Positions 12,173-25,740 of a DNA stretch of 64,000 bases are shown here, piece after piece (position 1 is the first letter of the stretch; each line of letters starts with the position of its first letter). The notes below the pieces were generated by a model, which worked only from the letters and a program-made list of their open reading frames with translations, was not told the origin of the DNA and ran no database searches. The stretch comes from Vicugna vicugna (taxonomy: Eukaryota), in contig MU061579.1 of assembly GCA_013265495.1 (NCBI GenBank), positions 2,601,319-2,665,318 of the forward strand, written 5' to 3'. Both the position numbers and the translations under genes were made by a program.

Positions 12173-12236
12173 ATCTTGTAAGAAATGCTTTTGTCCCCTG
12201 TTGTGTTGCAAACATTATCAGATTGGTTGACATGTC
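12173..12236 (-). CDS. Candidate 64-nt internal exon (HVNQSDNVCNTTGDKSISYK or DMSTNLIMFATQQGTKAFLTR), gene unidentified
   Basis: Minus strand: acceptor aaattcttttcttcag|G and donor GAT|gtaagt; two frames open; unique DNA; no homolog recognised. Confidence 0.3.
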
Positions 12237-13205
12237 CTGAAGAAAAGAATTTGAACATTTCTGATGCTCTCTTGGAACAAAAGTTTGTTGTTCAAAGTTG
12301 CTCATCTTACTTTGATTAACAATGAATTCTCAGTTTCAGAATTTATCACACACACACACACACAAAAACTAAATAATTTTTGTAGTTTTGAGATATGTAT
12401 GTTTCAATTGAGGTTCTCAGAATTGTCAGTATAAAAAGCAATGAGCTTGTCATGTTAAATTAAGCTTAGTTTTAATGTTTAACTTAGTTTCAAGGGTCCA
12501 AAACTTGATTACTGAGCAACAACAGACATTTCCATTCTACTTCTTGAAAAATTAATTTTTAAGCATGTGATTGTTACGCTGATTAAATTAATGGCTATTT
12601 TTGATGTAAAGGTTTTTTTACATTTAATAATATTTTGGTGTAGTGGTATTAATTATTACAACAGTGATAAAAACCTACGTAATGTATTTTTAGGCAAAAA
12701 ATAATACAAAATACTAATTAATAATACTACAACTGTACTATAAACACATATAGCAAAAACAGAGGTTTTATGCAAATAATTTTAAGAGCTACCAACTTAA
12801 ACTAAAAAACTTAATGGGCTGTAGAAAAATAGATTTTTCTTGACTTTTCATCCATTTGAAGATATGACTAAACGTCTTTGATGAAAAAGCTGGTGTTGAG
12901 TCTATTAAGTAGATTAAAAAGTCTGGATAACTAAATTTATACATGTTCACCCAAATGTTTGTCATCAGACTCTTTTGTTAGAAAGATCAGTTTTCTGGGT
13001 CAAATTGTAAATTACATGAATTTTTGATCCCCATTTGTTGGAGATTTTATTAAAGTTAATCTGCAAAAAAGTCATCAGTATTGTGGTTACTTGTAGTAAA
13101 TCTATTACTATAGTTGATAAAAATATGTGCTATACTTTGTTTTCAAACAAAATTTATTTGTAAATCTCATACTATTTGGGGGATCTATTTGTATTCTTTT
13201 AATGA

Positions 13206-13243
13206 ATATCTATATCTATATCTATATCTATATCTATATATAG

Positions 13244-13277
<34 letters not shown>
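13206..13277. repeat. Compound microsatellite (TATATC)~5 + (GATA)~8
   Basis: Read directly from the sequence. Confidence 0.95.
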
Positions 13278-13278
<1 letters not shown>

Positions 13279-14109
13279 GAGAACTTTTCAAATTTCCTTA
13301 GAAATTTAGAAATATTTCCAGTTCTTAGGAACAATTTATTCAAGGGTTTGAGACTAAAAAAGTGACTATCCTTACATTTGGTTCTTGGAAAGATTCCATT
13401 AGTCAACCTACACACTCAACCCATACAACACACTTGGCATTGAATGTTAGGACAGACTGTGACAATGAAACGGGCACTCCGGAGCATAGCCCCTTCTAGG
13501 CACTGCAAGCCATGATCTTGGTGCTTCAATAAAAAGATGACAGTTAAACAAGTCAACTACTTCCCTTGAGAGGAGTCACTACCTAGAGAAGGACTTATAG
13601 CTGAAGATGCATATGAAGACTTGCATTTCAACATGTGAAAGAAGAAAAGTGTGTACAGAACCAAGTGGTCAATCTCTACTTGCAACACTATCTACAATTA
13701 TGTAATCATTGGTTATGGGAAGATAGTGACCCTGGTCATTCAAGATTATTTCACCTCTTTCAGCCTAAATAAATTCTTAGGCAATATCTCCTATCTGAAG
13801 CATTTGTCCCAAAGGTAGATTCTTGGCTTTGCAGACTTTGCTGAAATGCTCTGATTTTCAAGACACTTACAAGGACAAAAGAGAGTGATGATTCTAGGTT
13901 TCTAGCTTAGGAAACTCAGACATCCAAGCACCTAAATCCTCCCAAGTCTGATCACACATTAGTTTCTCTTTACTGATACTCTGATCTCAAGATGACTAAA
14001 TCACATCACATTCATTGCTTGGATATCAGTGGTTTAGCAATATCTGTTCTTATTTCTTGTGGTGAGATTTGCTTGTATACATTGCACACGGTGTAAATGT
14101 CCACAATCT

Positions 14110-15100
14110 TGGAACAGTAAAGCCAAAAGGGACCTCATGAATTATTTATTTCAATGTGTTCAGTTTAGGACAGTGAAATTGCAACTCAAACATGTTAAGT
14201 ACTTTTTCTAAAATTGTGATAATTAATTAGTACCATGGCTAGCTCTAAAATCTAGATCTTCCAATTGCCAAACCAGTGTTTACTCACCTCCAAAGAGTTT
14301 TTTTATATTCCAGAATTTAGTTTTCACTTGTACCAGAAAGCTGGCCATGTATTTTACTATGTAATTAGTTAGAGGTATGGCATTTTGTTGAAGTCACTTC
14401 TCTAAAGACTTTGAACATTAGCAAAAGAGGTGCTTAAGTTCTTAGTGTTTGATTGAAAAGATACAGGTGTGTGTGTGTTCATTTTTAAAGCTACCTCTCA
14501 GTATTCTGGTCTTTACTATGTATCAGACATGGTGATAAGTGCTTGACATACGATAGCTTAAATACCAGCTGACGGAAGTGACATGAGGGAGGGGCAATCA
14601 GTGAGTAATTACCATGTGTCAGATGTTATATATCCCCCAGACCACACTTGATAAGGTCAACACTGCTAAATATAATACCTACCGTATTTTGGAGTGACCA
14701 GTACTATCAGTCACTTTACAAATAAGGTTATCTGATTTTCATTAAAATATCCTTGTTTTTTTCCCCCAGTAATATTTTGCATATAAGAAAAATAAGCCTG
14801 GGAAATTTCAACTGTGGACCACTGTCAGAGCACAGTCCCTCAGCAATACCCTACACATGTGCCGTGCTCTCTCAACATCCATTTATTTTCATGACTGGAG
14901 AACTCATTATCTTATTTGCCTCAAAATGCCTCAGCACTTCAGATTCTCTCTGCCTGAAATATTGTTCCAGACATCCTTCTCATTTTCCCACCATCTATTT
15001 CTCCCACTAGACTAAGATTACAATAGATATGGAATTATCTTTCACATCTATGTCAGAATTTAGCATAGTATTGAACATAGATGAAGTACCTGTAACATTT
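14110..15100. mobile_element. Cluster of MIR and L2 fragments
   Basis: MIR-like at 14110-14290 and 14670-14830 (minus); L2 3'-end-like gaatttagcatagtattgaacatagatg at ~15060 (plus). Confidence 0.45.
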
Positions 15101-15344
15101 TTTTAAAAACACAAGTAACATTCTTTCACTTCTGGGCCTGATGAATACTCTGGTGAACCATTAATAACAAATGTCAATAAGGGCATTTTTAATTACATCC
15201 AGCTGGGTCCGGTTATTTAGGAAGAATTCTTTCACAGAAAATTAATATTGGTTTTACCAAATCACCCCATCTGTATTCAGGACGTTGTACATCAGTTACC
15301 TTTGACTTTGTTTATAGAAGTAGAATTCCACCTTGGAAAGGCTT

Positions 15345-15790
15345 CATATCAGCCAGGGTTCCCCAAAGAAACAGAACCAATGAAGTTTATGTGTATTTAT
15401 ATTAACAGGTTTATTTTAAGGAATTGGTTCACATAATTGTGAGGACTGGCAGGTTTGCCAGCTGGGAACAAGCAAACATTGATATCGCAGTCTTGAGTCC
15501 AAAGTCCATAGGGTAATCCAGCAGACTGAAAACTCAGACAAGACTTAGTCTTAAGGCAAAGTTATGTCTTTTTTGGGAAACCTCAACATTGCTCTAAAGG
15601 CCTTCAACTGATTAGATGAGGCTCATCCACATTATGGAGTGTAGTCTCTTTTACTTGAAGTCTATTAATTGTAGATGTTAGTCACATCTACAAAATAACT
15701 TCACAGCAACAACTAGACTAGAGTTTGACCAATAACACTAGGCTGGACCCCAAAGCCTTGCCAAGTTGACACATAAAACTTACCCATCAA
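15345..15790 (-). mobile_element. MLT2 (ERVL) solo LTR
   Basis: cagggttccccaaagaaacagaaccaat...ccttcaactgattagatgaggctcatccacatt...aagttgacacataaaacttacccatca. Confidence 0.85.
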
Positions 15791-17551
15791 AAACTCCATG
15801 GGTTTTAGCCCAAAATAACACTTGTAGATGAAGGAGAGTGCAGACATGAGGCTTCCAGAATATCTTTCTATGTATCATGTAAACCCCTGCTAAGTCTGAG
15901 TACAGATGGTTGAAGATGGATTAAGGTGTTATAAAACCCCTTCCCCACTAGTAATTCAACAGGACTGATGACCATGTGTGAACACGGCACACTCTGCACT
16001 TGGCCACTAGTCTCCATCAACAATCAGCTCCAGACAGTGCATACAAGTCAACATCAGCCTCAGAACCTAAGTATTTGCTTAAGGGTATAAGGTGTGACGG
16101 TAAGATACTGGGTAGTTTTCCATATCAAAATAACAGACAAAAACATGTTTTTCTTAAACTGATACTTGAAATGAGAAAGGAGGAAACTCTGAAATCTTTT
16201 GAGAAATCTAACCTATATTCAGGAAGTTTTCACCTGGAAGTGCCCTGTAAAATTAATGTAGCTTTGAAAGTATTCTTCATCTTTGGAAAAGTAGTTCCCA
16301 TTGTTGAGTTATGCCTCAGAGCTAAGGGTCTGGTATATTTCTAATTCTGTTTTCAATTTTAAACACAATGCTTAGGGCATGAAGCAAAGCACTTCACCAG
16401 TGATTTCTTGAGAACAAATCTTGGATTTTCCACATAGAAGACATTTATGATGATGCATTATCTGTTGTTAAGAAATGCAATGTGATTTACAAAAAGTCAT
16501 TCTTTACAGGCAGAAAACCCAGGTTGAAATGTGCTCCATTACTGACCACCCTCAACATTTCTATTTTAACTATAAGCCAAAGTGAATCATGAGTAATTAC
16601 TCATGTTGCTCAGCGTGTTTCACACGATTCTGCTGTTATCCAAACTTATAATGGATGGGCTGTAATAGCTAAATTCAGCACTGGCATAAATTGTAGACTT
16701 TTATGGAAGTAGCCATTAAACAAAATTTCCAGAAAAAACCTGCATATACGTTGACATAAATAAGAGCTAAGGATTAACATAGGATCACAAAAAAACCTTT
16801 ATCAAGTAATTGGCATAGGTAGAACTATGGTTATAAACAGGCGATCGTAGAACTTAACTATCTTAACTAAGTTACTCTGACCTGACTTTAATTCTTATTT
16901 AGAAAACACTTGATATCTCAATTTAAACCAGTACTTTCTCCACTAAGAAAACTAATATTGTCAGGCAAAGGTAATAGTAATATGCAACAGCAGTTTCTCT
17001 TTATTGCTACATAGAAATGATGCAGAAGTCAATAGCTGTTTGACATTCTCAGTAGCATCTTCACGATGGCAGATTTGAACTTAATGAAGCCTGTTTTTAG
17101 TATAATTGCAGGAAGAAACCTCTTTTTTTAGAATGATCTGTTTTGTTTATTTTTGCTATGGAATGAAAACATCATATGGTTTTTAACCAGTCATTTGATG
17201 GGCATCTTTTTTTCGAAATGCTTTGTGAATTATTTTTACTCACAGGGTTAGTTCAAATTTTAGAAAAGAAGTCATTATCATCTTGGTCAAGAGCCCATTT
17301 TCAGATTTTGTAACACACTTCTGCCCCTCTCATGATTTTCAAGAAGTGGGGGAAAAGTCAATATGCAGTTTCGTTTGAAGATCGACCTTGAAGAACTCTC
17401 CACTTTCCCTTGCTACAGTGTTTAGATAGAAAGTTTAGTCCAGAATTTTACGTGAATAAAAAATGTCTTACTGCAGAGCTAGTTATTACTTGAACTTTTA
17501 TTTTACCACTATCCTTCTGAAGCTGCCTATGGTGCCTTCAGTTACTCTCAC

Positions 17552-17635
17552 CTCTCATATTTTCCTTAAAGAGCAGATTAGCAAGAAGAGTGGCCCCTTC
17601 TTCCAGTTTAGAACAGATTCTTTTTCTTGCTTTTT
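17552..17635 (-). CDS. Candidate 84-nt phase 1-1 exon (EKARKRICSKLEEGATLLANLLFKENMR), gene unidentified
   Basis: Minus strand: acceptor ataccctcccttccaag| and donor GAG|gtgaga. The only open frame splices in frame to the 12.2-kb candidate exon. Confidence 0.22.
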
Positions 17636-18679
17636 CTTGGAAGGGAGGGTATTCAAGACTTAGTGGGCATGTTTTCTTTGAATTCCCTTTATGCACATTT
17701 TTAACCTTGCAGGGAAAATGAACCACACACATACAACACTGAGCCTGTCTTTTTTGCATTTTCAAATTACCAACTTGAATTACACATGTTGAGCTTGCTA
17801 ACATTGGCCACTTGCCTCAGGGAATTATTGTTAAAAGACAATTTAAAACATTGACTCTGAAGAGTCACAGTCTCTTAGGATGGCAAACATTTCATACAAC
17901 AAAATCTTATCTTTTCAACTTTTAGAGTCAAATAGCAACAATTCTAAGGCCCAGTTTTCTTGAAACCATGCTGGTGTTCGACTCAGGAACGGCTATTTGC
18001 TGTGTATGATTTGTATGGAGGAGACAGATTGTTCCTTTTTTCCATTTTTATTGTGTACTTGTTAATCTGTTTCTAAAGGTATTATGCTAATTATAACACT
18101 ACTCTTCACATTCAGAATCCGAATTGCTCATTTTCAAGTTTTGCTTTTTTTTTTTTCAAATTGTAATCTGTTAATTACTTGTTTAATGGAGTGTGTAATT
18201 ACCTACTTTAAGTTAGGAAACTGTTTCCATTTCAAAGACAGAAACCTATTTTAGAAATGAAAGACTATAAATGCAATCCTTTTTGATACAGAATATAACT
18301 CTTTACCTTCCTTAATGGTTCTAAGTGAGAAAATTAGATTGAAAATCAACTCTTATTTTCTCTTTATGTTTTTGTGCATACCATATCAAACATAGGTGAA
18401 ATTTATGATGAAGGTAACAGGTTATCATTTAGCTACACTTTGCAGAGCAATTTTATTGTCTATTTGTGCCATTTAAATGACTAAACACCAGAGTAGAAGG
18501 AAAATTACTAATCTCCAGAGTAGAAGAAAAATCAAGTTATTAATGTGATACAGTTTTAAAGTGTTTTCTTTTTCAAATCCTTGGCCAAAAGAGCAAATGG
18601 AGTCAACAAAAAGATTAAGTATGGGAACAACATATAAGAGAAGTGGAACAATTTAGGAAATACAACAATAATAAATAAT

Positions 18680-18835
18680 GTTAATTGAGTTTGGGGCTTA
18701 TATATGATTTATACATTCTATCTAAGCAACATCAAGTACAAGGAATAGCCAGGATGCTCTTTTGTCACATATGAGGAGACTGGGCCTTACAGGTATTAAG
18801 CAAAATTTGTTGTTGCCACTCAAGCAGAAGTAAAG
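18680..18835 (-). mobile_element. MIR fragment
   Basis: aataatgttaattgagtttgg...atatgaggagactgggccttacaggtattaagc. Confidence 0.5.
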
Positions 18836-18949
18836 GCTTCATACTCCAAGCCAATGCCTCCAAACAACTTGTTGGCTACTATAATGGAGTAATTGGATTT
18901 GTATAATCTTAGGGAATGAAGGACAATGGACTTACTCATGATATTTTGA

Positions 18950-21900
18950 TGAACATTTAGTCTCTTGATGGTCTTTAATGTTGGGGGTTGAAATTGATTA
19001 GAAGAACTCTTGATAGCAAAATTTCCATATTGAATGAGAAAAGAAGCAATATACCAGGGCTCTTTACTGAAAATGTCTGTAATGTAAGGACAACTGGCTG
19101 GGAACCTAAGTAAATGCCTTGAAAAACCGGTGGCTAGATGGAGATAAGTCAGCAAAAAATAGCAATTCGGCAGTCCAAAATTTCTGTACCCATAAAAGCA
19201 AGGATAAAATTAGAAACAATTGTTTGAATTAGCTTTTTCAGGACATTAGAAATTAACCAAAGGTTTGCAGAAGGGTTGAATCTCAGTATGAATAATGAGA
19301 TTTTGGCATTTTTACTTTCCCTGTTCTTAACCACCACCACCTCCCATCCCCAGCCACTCTAGCTTTTGAATAGACTTGACCACTAGCCTAGTAGACTTTA
19401 GCCAATAGCCCACAAACATGTTGAAATCCAGCACCCTTGTGTCCAGCAGAAAGAGAAGAAGAGAATCAGTGTTCCTCAAAGTTCACCCCTGGAAAATCAT
19501 TAATTATTGTCTGGAAGTTCCCTGGAAGATTCTACTTTCAAAGATGTCTTTCTTTGACCTGAGTTAAAGCTCACACAATGTGAAAAGGCTTTTCTCTGGA
19601 GGTGTGCATTGAACATGATGATTTAGAGATCACTCTACCTTACAGAGTTGTCTGAGACAGTGGACAGTAGTTGGGGCCAACAATGAGATAATCAAATGCT
19701 TAAAATGAAAAGCTAGGAAATAAGATGTCCATAGGATGTCTTGGGAATCTAGCAGGGCATGCACATGAGCATAGGGCTCTATACACACTGAGAAATAACT
19801 TGAAAAGTTTCAAAGCTCTCATTTCTGGCTGACCTTGAAGTTCTGAGGAAGTATGAAATGAAGGGTAAGCTATCAACTGCCTGTTGATGGCATGCCTCAA
19901 CATGTACAAAGAGTTTTATCAGCCAAGACTAGGAGACTTCTTAAGAAAATATATGTCCATCTGTTCCATAATTAGCAGGTCTCTAGACTAACCAAAGACT
20001 TCAGAAGTCACACAACAATACAGACCTTAAAGAATTAGTTCAGAAACTTTAAGATAAAAAACAACAACAACAAAAAACCCATCAAGAACAACCATAAATA
20101 GCAACAAAAATCACCCTGAAAAAGGGAGAGAAACTGGTTTTCCGAGTTGTCACATTGTATTATTTAAAATGTCTAGTTTGGAACAAAAAAATTATGAGGT
20201 TTGCAAAGAAACAAGAAAGTATGTCCTATATACAAGAAAAAAAAAAAAGCCATCAGTAGAACTTGTTGAAGAAGCCCACATGTTAGACTTACTAGACAAA
20301 GACTTTAATTTAGCTTTTAAAGATACATTCTGAGAACTAAAGAAAACCATGTCCAAAGATATAAAGGAAAGTATGAGAATGTCATCTTCCCAATAGAAAA
20401 TATCAATTACAAATAAGAAATATCAATAACACATTACAAAAGGAACAAAATATAAAATTTAAAGTTGAAGATTTAATAACTAAAATTAAAAATTTAATAC
20501 AGGGGGTCAACAATAGATTTCAGCAAGCAGAAGGAAGAATCTTTAAATTTGAAGAAATTCAACTGAGATTATGCAGCCTGAGAAAAAGAGAGAAAAAAAT
20601 AAGAGGAAAACAGTGAAAAGATCCTCAGAGATCTGAGTACATCATCAAATATATCAACATGCTCGTAATGTGAATCAAGAAAGAGAAAGTAGTAGAAAGA
20701 ATATTTCAAAAATTCATGGCTGGAAATTTCCTAAATTTAATTTTAAAAAATTAGTCAACACATCCAAGAAGCTGTCAAATATCATGCTGGTTAAACTCAG
20801 AGAGAGCCACACCTAAATCCTTCATAATCAAAATGTTGAAAGCAAAGATAGAGATAATCTTGAAAGCAACAAAAAATCAGTGACTCATCATATTTATGAG
20901 ATCATCAATAAGATTACAGCTAATTTCTCACCAGAAACCATGGCAGTTATAAGCTATATTTAAAATGCTGGAAGAAAAAAATCATTAACCAGAAAGTTTA
21001 TATTCAGCAAAACAGTCCTTCAAAAATGAAGGAGAAATTAAGCATTCTAAGATCAATAAATTCAAAAAACTTAGTCACTAGTATACTGATCATAAAAAAA
21101 TACTAAATCTTTCAGGCTCTAGAGAAAGGATACTAGATAGGGACTCAAAGCTATGTGAAGAAAGAAAGAACTCCAGTAAAGTTAACTACATAGGTAAATA
21201 TAAAAGATAGTGTATAAAAAGAGATAAAAACTACATTTCTTCTATATAGCACAGAATATCTTGTAATAAACTTTAATGAAAAAGAATACAAAAATGAATA
21301 TATGTATATATATGCAAAAAAGAGAGTGCAAAAATATGTATTTTCTGTAACCCTTTTTCTCCTACCTGACTTAAAAGACAATTGCATAATGTAATGTTTA
21401 TAAGATGTGTTGATGGCATAAAATATATAAAGATGTAATTTGTATGGAAATAACAGAACAAAGGAGTGGGAAAGGGATGGAGCTACACATTTTGTATACT
21501 ATTGAACTTAAATTGGTATTAAGTTGAACTATATTTTTATAAATTAAAAATTTAACTATAACCAATATTAAGAAATAAGTTAAAAATATAATAAAAGAAA
21601 TGGCAAGGAAATAAAATTGTATACTAGAAAGTATCTAATACAAACATAGGAAGCAATGGAGGAGTAGAGGGTTAAAAAATATATACACATACACACATAT
21701 GTATATCACATAGCAAATGGCAGTTATGTCTTACTTTATCACTAATTATGTTAAAAGTGGATGAATTTGATACTTTCATTAAAAAATGAATGTTGGCAGT
21801 ACAATTTAGGAATAAAGACAACAAAACTTGATCCAACTAAATGCTGTCTATGAGATATACTTTAAGTTCAAAGATGCAAATAGATTAAAAGTAAATTAAT

Positions 21901-24070
21901 AAAAAAAAGATACACCATGCAAACAGTAACTATAAGGAAACTGGAATAGCTATAATATTATTAGGCAAATAGATTTGGAGACAAAGTTTGATACTGGTGT
22001 AAACAAAAAATATATTTCATAATAAAAAATTCAATCCAAAAGAATATATACCAATTGGAAACATATATGCATCAAACAAAGGAGTTAAAAGCATGTGAAA
22101 TAAAAACGAAGAATTGAAGGGACATGCCAATAAAATTAGGTTTATACTTCAATATTCAATTTTCAATAATAAAACAATTAGAAGATAAATGAGACAAGAT
22201 CTAGCCAATACTATCAACCAATTAGACCTAATGTATATCTATAGAGCAAACACAGCAGAATGCACCTTCTTCTCAAATGCAGAGAGAACATCTTCCAGAT
22301 TAGACAATACAACAAGTCTTGATAATTTAAACAGGAATGGAATTATACAAAGTATTTTTAAAAACCTCAGTGGAATGATATTAGAACTCAAAAAGGAAAG
22401 ACATTTGGGAAATTCACAAATATGTGGAGATTAATCAACATTCAAACAACAAAGGAGTCAAAGAAGAAATAACAGAGAAAATTAGAAAATATTTTTGATG
22501 TATGAAAACAAGGGTGCATCATACCAAAATTTATGAGCTGCAGGAAAATTCTCAGTAGGAAATTTCTAACTGTAAATGCCTACATTAAAAAAAAATTTCA
22601 AATCAATTCCACTTTAAGAGACTAGAATCTGCAGACTGAATGAAATCAAAAGCAAGCAGATGAAGGCCCTAAAGATTAGAGAGAAAATAAATGAAGTAGC
22701 AAACAGAAAACCAGTGGAGAAAAACTAACACAAATGAAGTTGAGTGTTGAACAAAATCAACAAAATTGACTAATATTTAGCTATACTCACCATGAGAAAA
22801 AGAGAACTGAAATTACTAAAATCAGAAATGAAAGAAGGAACATTAATTACTACTGACTTTACAGAAATAAATATAAGGGAAGACTCTGATCAAATTAGAT
22901 AATCAAAAAAAAAACAGGACAAATTCCTAGAAAAATAGAAACTACTATAATTAACTCTGTAAATAATTGATAAATTGAAAAGTCTTATAACAAATAAAGA
23001 GATTGACTTAATCACTATCCACAAAGAAAGGTTTAGGACTAGACAGATTCACTGTTGAATTCTACCAAACATTTAAAGAAGAGTTAATACCAATCTTTCA
23101 CAAAGTCTGCCAAAATATAGAAGATGAGGAAACACTTTCCAACTCATTCTATGAGGCCAGTTTTACCTTCACACAAAAACCAAATTAAAATTTCACAAGG
23201 AGAGAAAACTAAAGAACATTCCTTATGAATACAAATACAAAAGTTTTCAATATTCTCAAAAACACACTAGCAAAAAAATCCACTAACATATAGAAAAGAT
23301 TGCACACCATGACCAAATAAGATTTATGGCACTAATTTAACATTGGTTGAACATGTGAAAACCAACCAATGTAATATATTATAACAATACAATAAATACA
23401 AAAGAACAGACAATAACAAGTGTTGAGAAAGATGTAGAAAAATTGGAACCCTCGTACATTGTTGGAGAGAATAAAAATAGTAAAGCCATTCTGGAAAATG
23501 TTTTAGCAGTTCTTTAAAATGTTAATGTTACCCAGCATTTCTACCCTTGCATATACACCCAAGAGAATTAAGAACCCATATTCATGCAAAAGCTTGTACA
23601 TGAATGTCCATATCATCACTATTCGCAATAGCTACAAAGTGGAAACAACCCAAATGTTCATCAGCTAGTGAACTGATAAAATATGGTATATCCATACATT
23701 GGAATATTATTCAGCTATAAAAACAGATAAAGTATTGTTGCATGCTATAACTTGGATGTATCTTGGAAACATGCTAAGTGAAAGAAGTCAGACACAAAAC
23801 CAAAACCCACAAATTATTTGATTTCATATATAGGAAATGTTGAGAATAAAGTGCATAAAAATAGAAAGTCAATTAATGGTTGCCAGGGATTGGAGGAATG
23901 AAGAGAATAGGGAGTGACTGCTAATGGGTGTGGGGTTTCTTTTGTAGTGATGAAGATTTCTGTAATCAAATTAAAGTTATGGTTGTACAACTTATGAATA
24001 TACTAAGGACAACTGAGCTGTACACTTTAAAAGGGTCATTTTTATAGTATGTGGATTATATGTTAATTAA
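18950..24070 (+). mobile_element. Large ancient L1 (L1MB/L1MC-type): 5' region, ORF1, spacer, ORF2 endonuclease to pre-RT, internal gap, ORF2 end and 3' UTR
   Basis: ORF1 remnants at 20250-21200 (catccaagaagct, ttctcaccagaaaccatgg, ccttcaaaaatgaaggagaaat). EN remnants (tgctgtctatgaga; LANTINQLDLMYIYR...AECTFFS). cactttccaactcattctatgaggccag at ~23135. Jump at ~23400 to aacaagtgttgagaaagatgtag and a 3' UTR ending tatgtggattatatgttaattaa. Confidence 0.9.
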
Positions 24071-25139
24071 GAACCCCCTAAAAACTAATGGTAGTTGCCC
24101 ATTGCAAAAAGAGTATCATTCTCTACCCCATCTCTGTACAGTTAGACAACAAACACACTGGAATTTATGCTTTATCAATTGGCTTTAAGAAAAAATAAAA
24201 ACTTTTTTTTCCACTTGAGTCCCTCATGATGGGATATATATTCTTTCTCTAACTCTATTGATATGCTTTGCTGATTTTTTTAATCAAAATTTATTGGAGT
24301 GATTCATCTCTTGTCTGTGCAGAAATAAGCTTTATAAAACAAAAGACAATGGAGTGGTTCATGTGTCAAAACTGTGAAATAGATCAGGCTATCTCCTCTG
24401 ACTTTAATACACTAAATGAAAATATATAAAAGTTGGAATAAATTATTTTGTTTAATAATTAGTAGTCACAAAATCACTGATAGAAAATAAGTGATTTTTG
24501 TTCTAATGAATTTCTTCTGTTGTAGTCAATCATATCTTCTGTTTTACATATTCTGCTTTATATTTATAATGAATGTTGTTTTCCTTGAGAATCTCAGTAG
24601 CTTTCCACATTGTGGTTTGATTTATGTTGGATTATGAGGCACAGACATATGCTGTATTAAATAAACTTTGTTTTACCTTGATAACTTGTTTTGATATTAT
24701 TGTATTATCTGTTTATATACCCACTTATTATGTACTTTCATAATACAATCTCAGCTTTTCAATTCCTTTTCTTTTCCAGCTACTGGTTTTGATTTTTTAT
24801 CTTTATTTCTATATTTCACAAAAAACTATAACATTCATTCCCTGAAAATGGATAAATGTAAATGCAATTTAAAAATAAATCAATCAACAGTCATTATATT
24901 TCTCTAATGGAAATTTAAATATCTATCATGGCTAGAAAATTAAAATCTTTATTCATGTGAATTGATGCTTGACAAATATCAATATCAAAATATGACTTGA
25001 TATTGTCTGATATTCTACCTGATACATAACCAAAGATGTTTAACATGCTGCAGTGATATATTTACTACTCAGAATGTTTTTCAGAATGTTTTCTTTTATA
25101 GGGAGGAGTAAGCAAGGCTAGAAAGAACTGAGTGTGGGC

Positions 25140-25740
25140 AGTAACAAAAAAGAGTGAGGTGATCAGATAGTAGATTAGAAAATGTTTTACCCTGAGGCCA
25201 GCCTATTGTCAGGAGGGGCTATTAAGGAGGGGGTTACATACGGGATGAAGTTTCATCAAGGTTCAGTGGCCTGGAGGAAGTAAATAAATTTAACCAAAGT
25301 TTGGTTAACAGGAATTTTGTGCTGACTGATCAATGGGGACAAACAATTCAGCTAATTATTTATGAGGCAAATAATGGTAAATTAGAAAACTTCTGCCCAG
25401 CTTTGTCATAAATAAACCAGGAAAGATTTGTACATCTTCTCTAAGTCACGTGGAGAAGAGTGTTTTCTTTGCAGTAAGAAGGCTGGGAGAATTTCTTAAC
25501 CATTACTGTTTTCCATGAACACAGAGCTCAGGTAAAAGTCTACTGTAAAACAATAATATATAACACATTGAAATACCAATACAATAATTCTCCCTATGGA
25601 ATTTTTAATGTTGTAAGTATATTTCAGACTACCAAGACTTTGCTTTTCTTGGTGATAGAAATTGTAATCATCTCTCATTTGTCAGTTTTAATAATTCTGG
25701 CCAAACTGATGTCTTGGACTGAACTTTCCCAAGTCCTGCC
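25140..25740 (-). mobile_element. Probable old ERV1-type LTR (MER31/MER67-like)
   Basis: aaagtttggttaacaggaattttgtgctgactgatcaatggggacaaacaattcagctaattatttatgaggcaaa resembles this LTR group; ends not resolved. Confidence 0.4.

Noticed and set aside
18488..18535. 27-bp-period direct repeat (ccagagtagaag)
   Set aside because: Two copies only; an ordinary local tandem duplication, not a CRISPR-like array.
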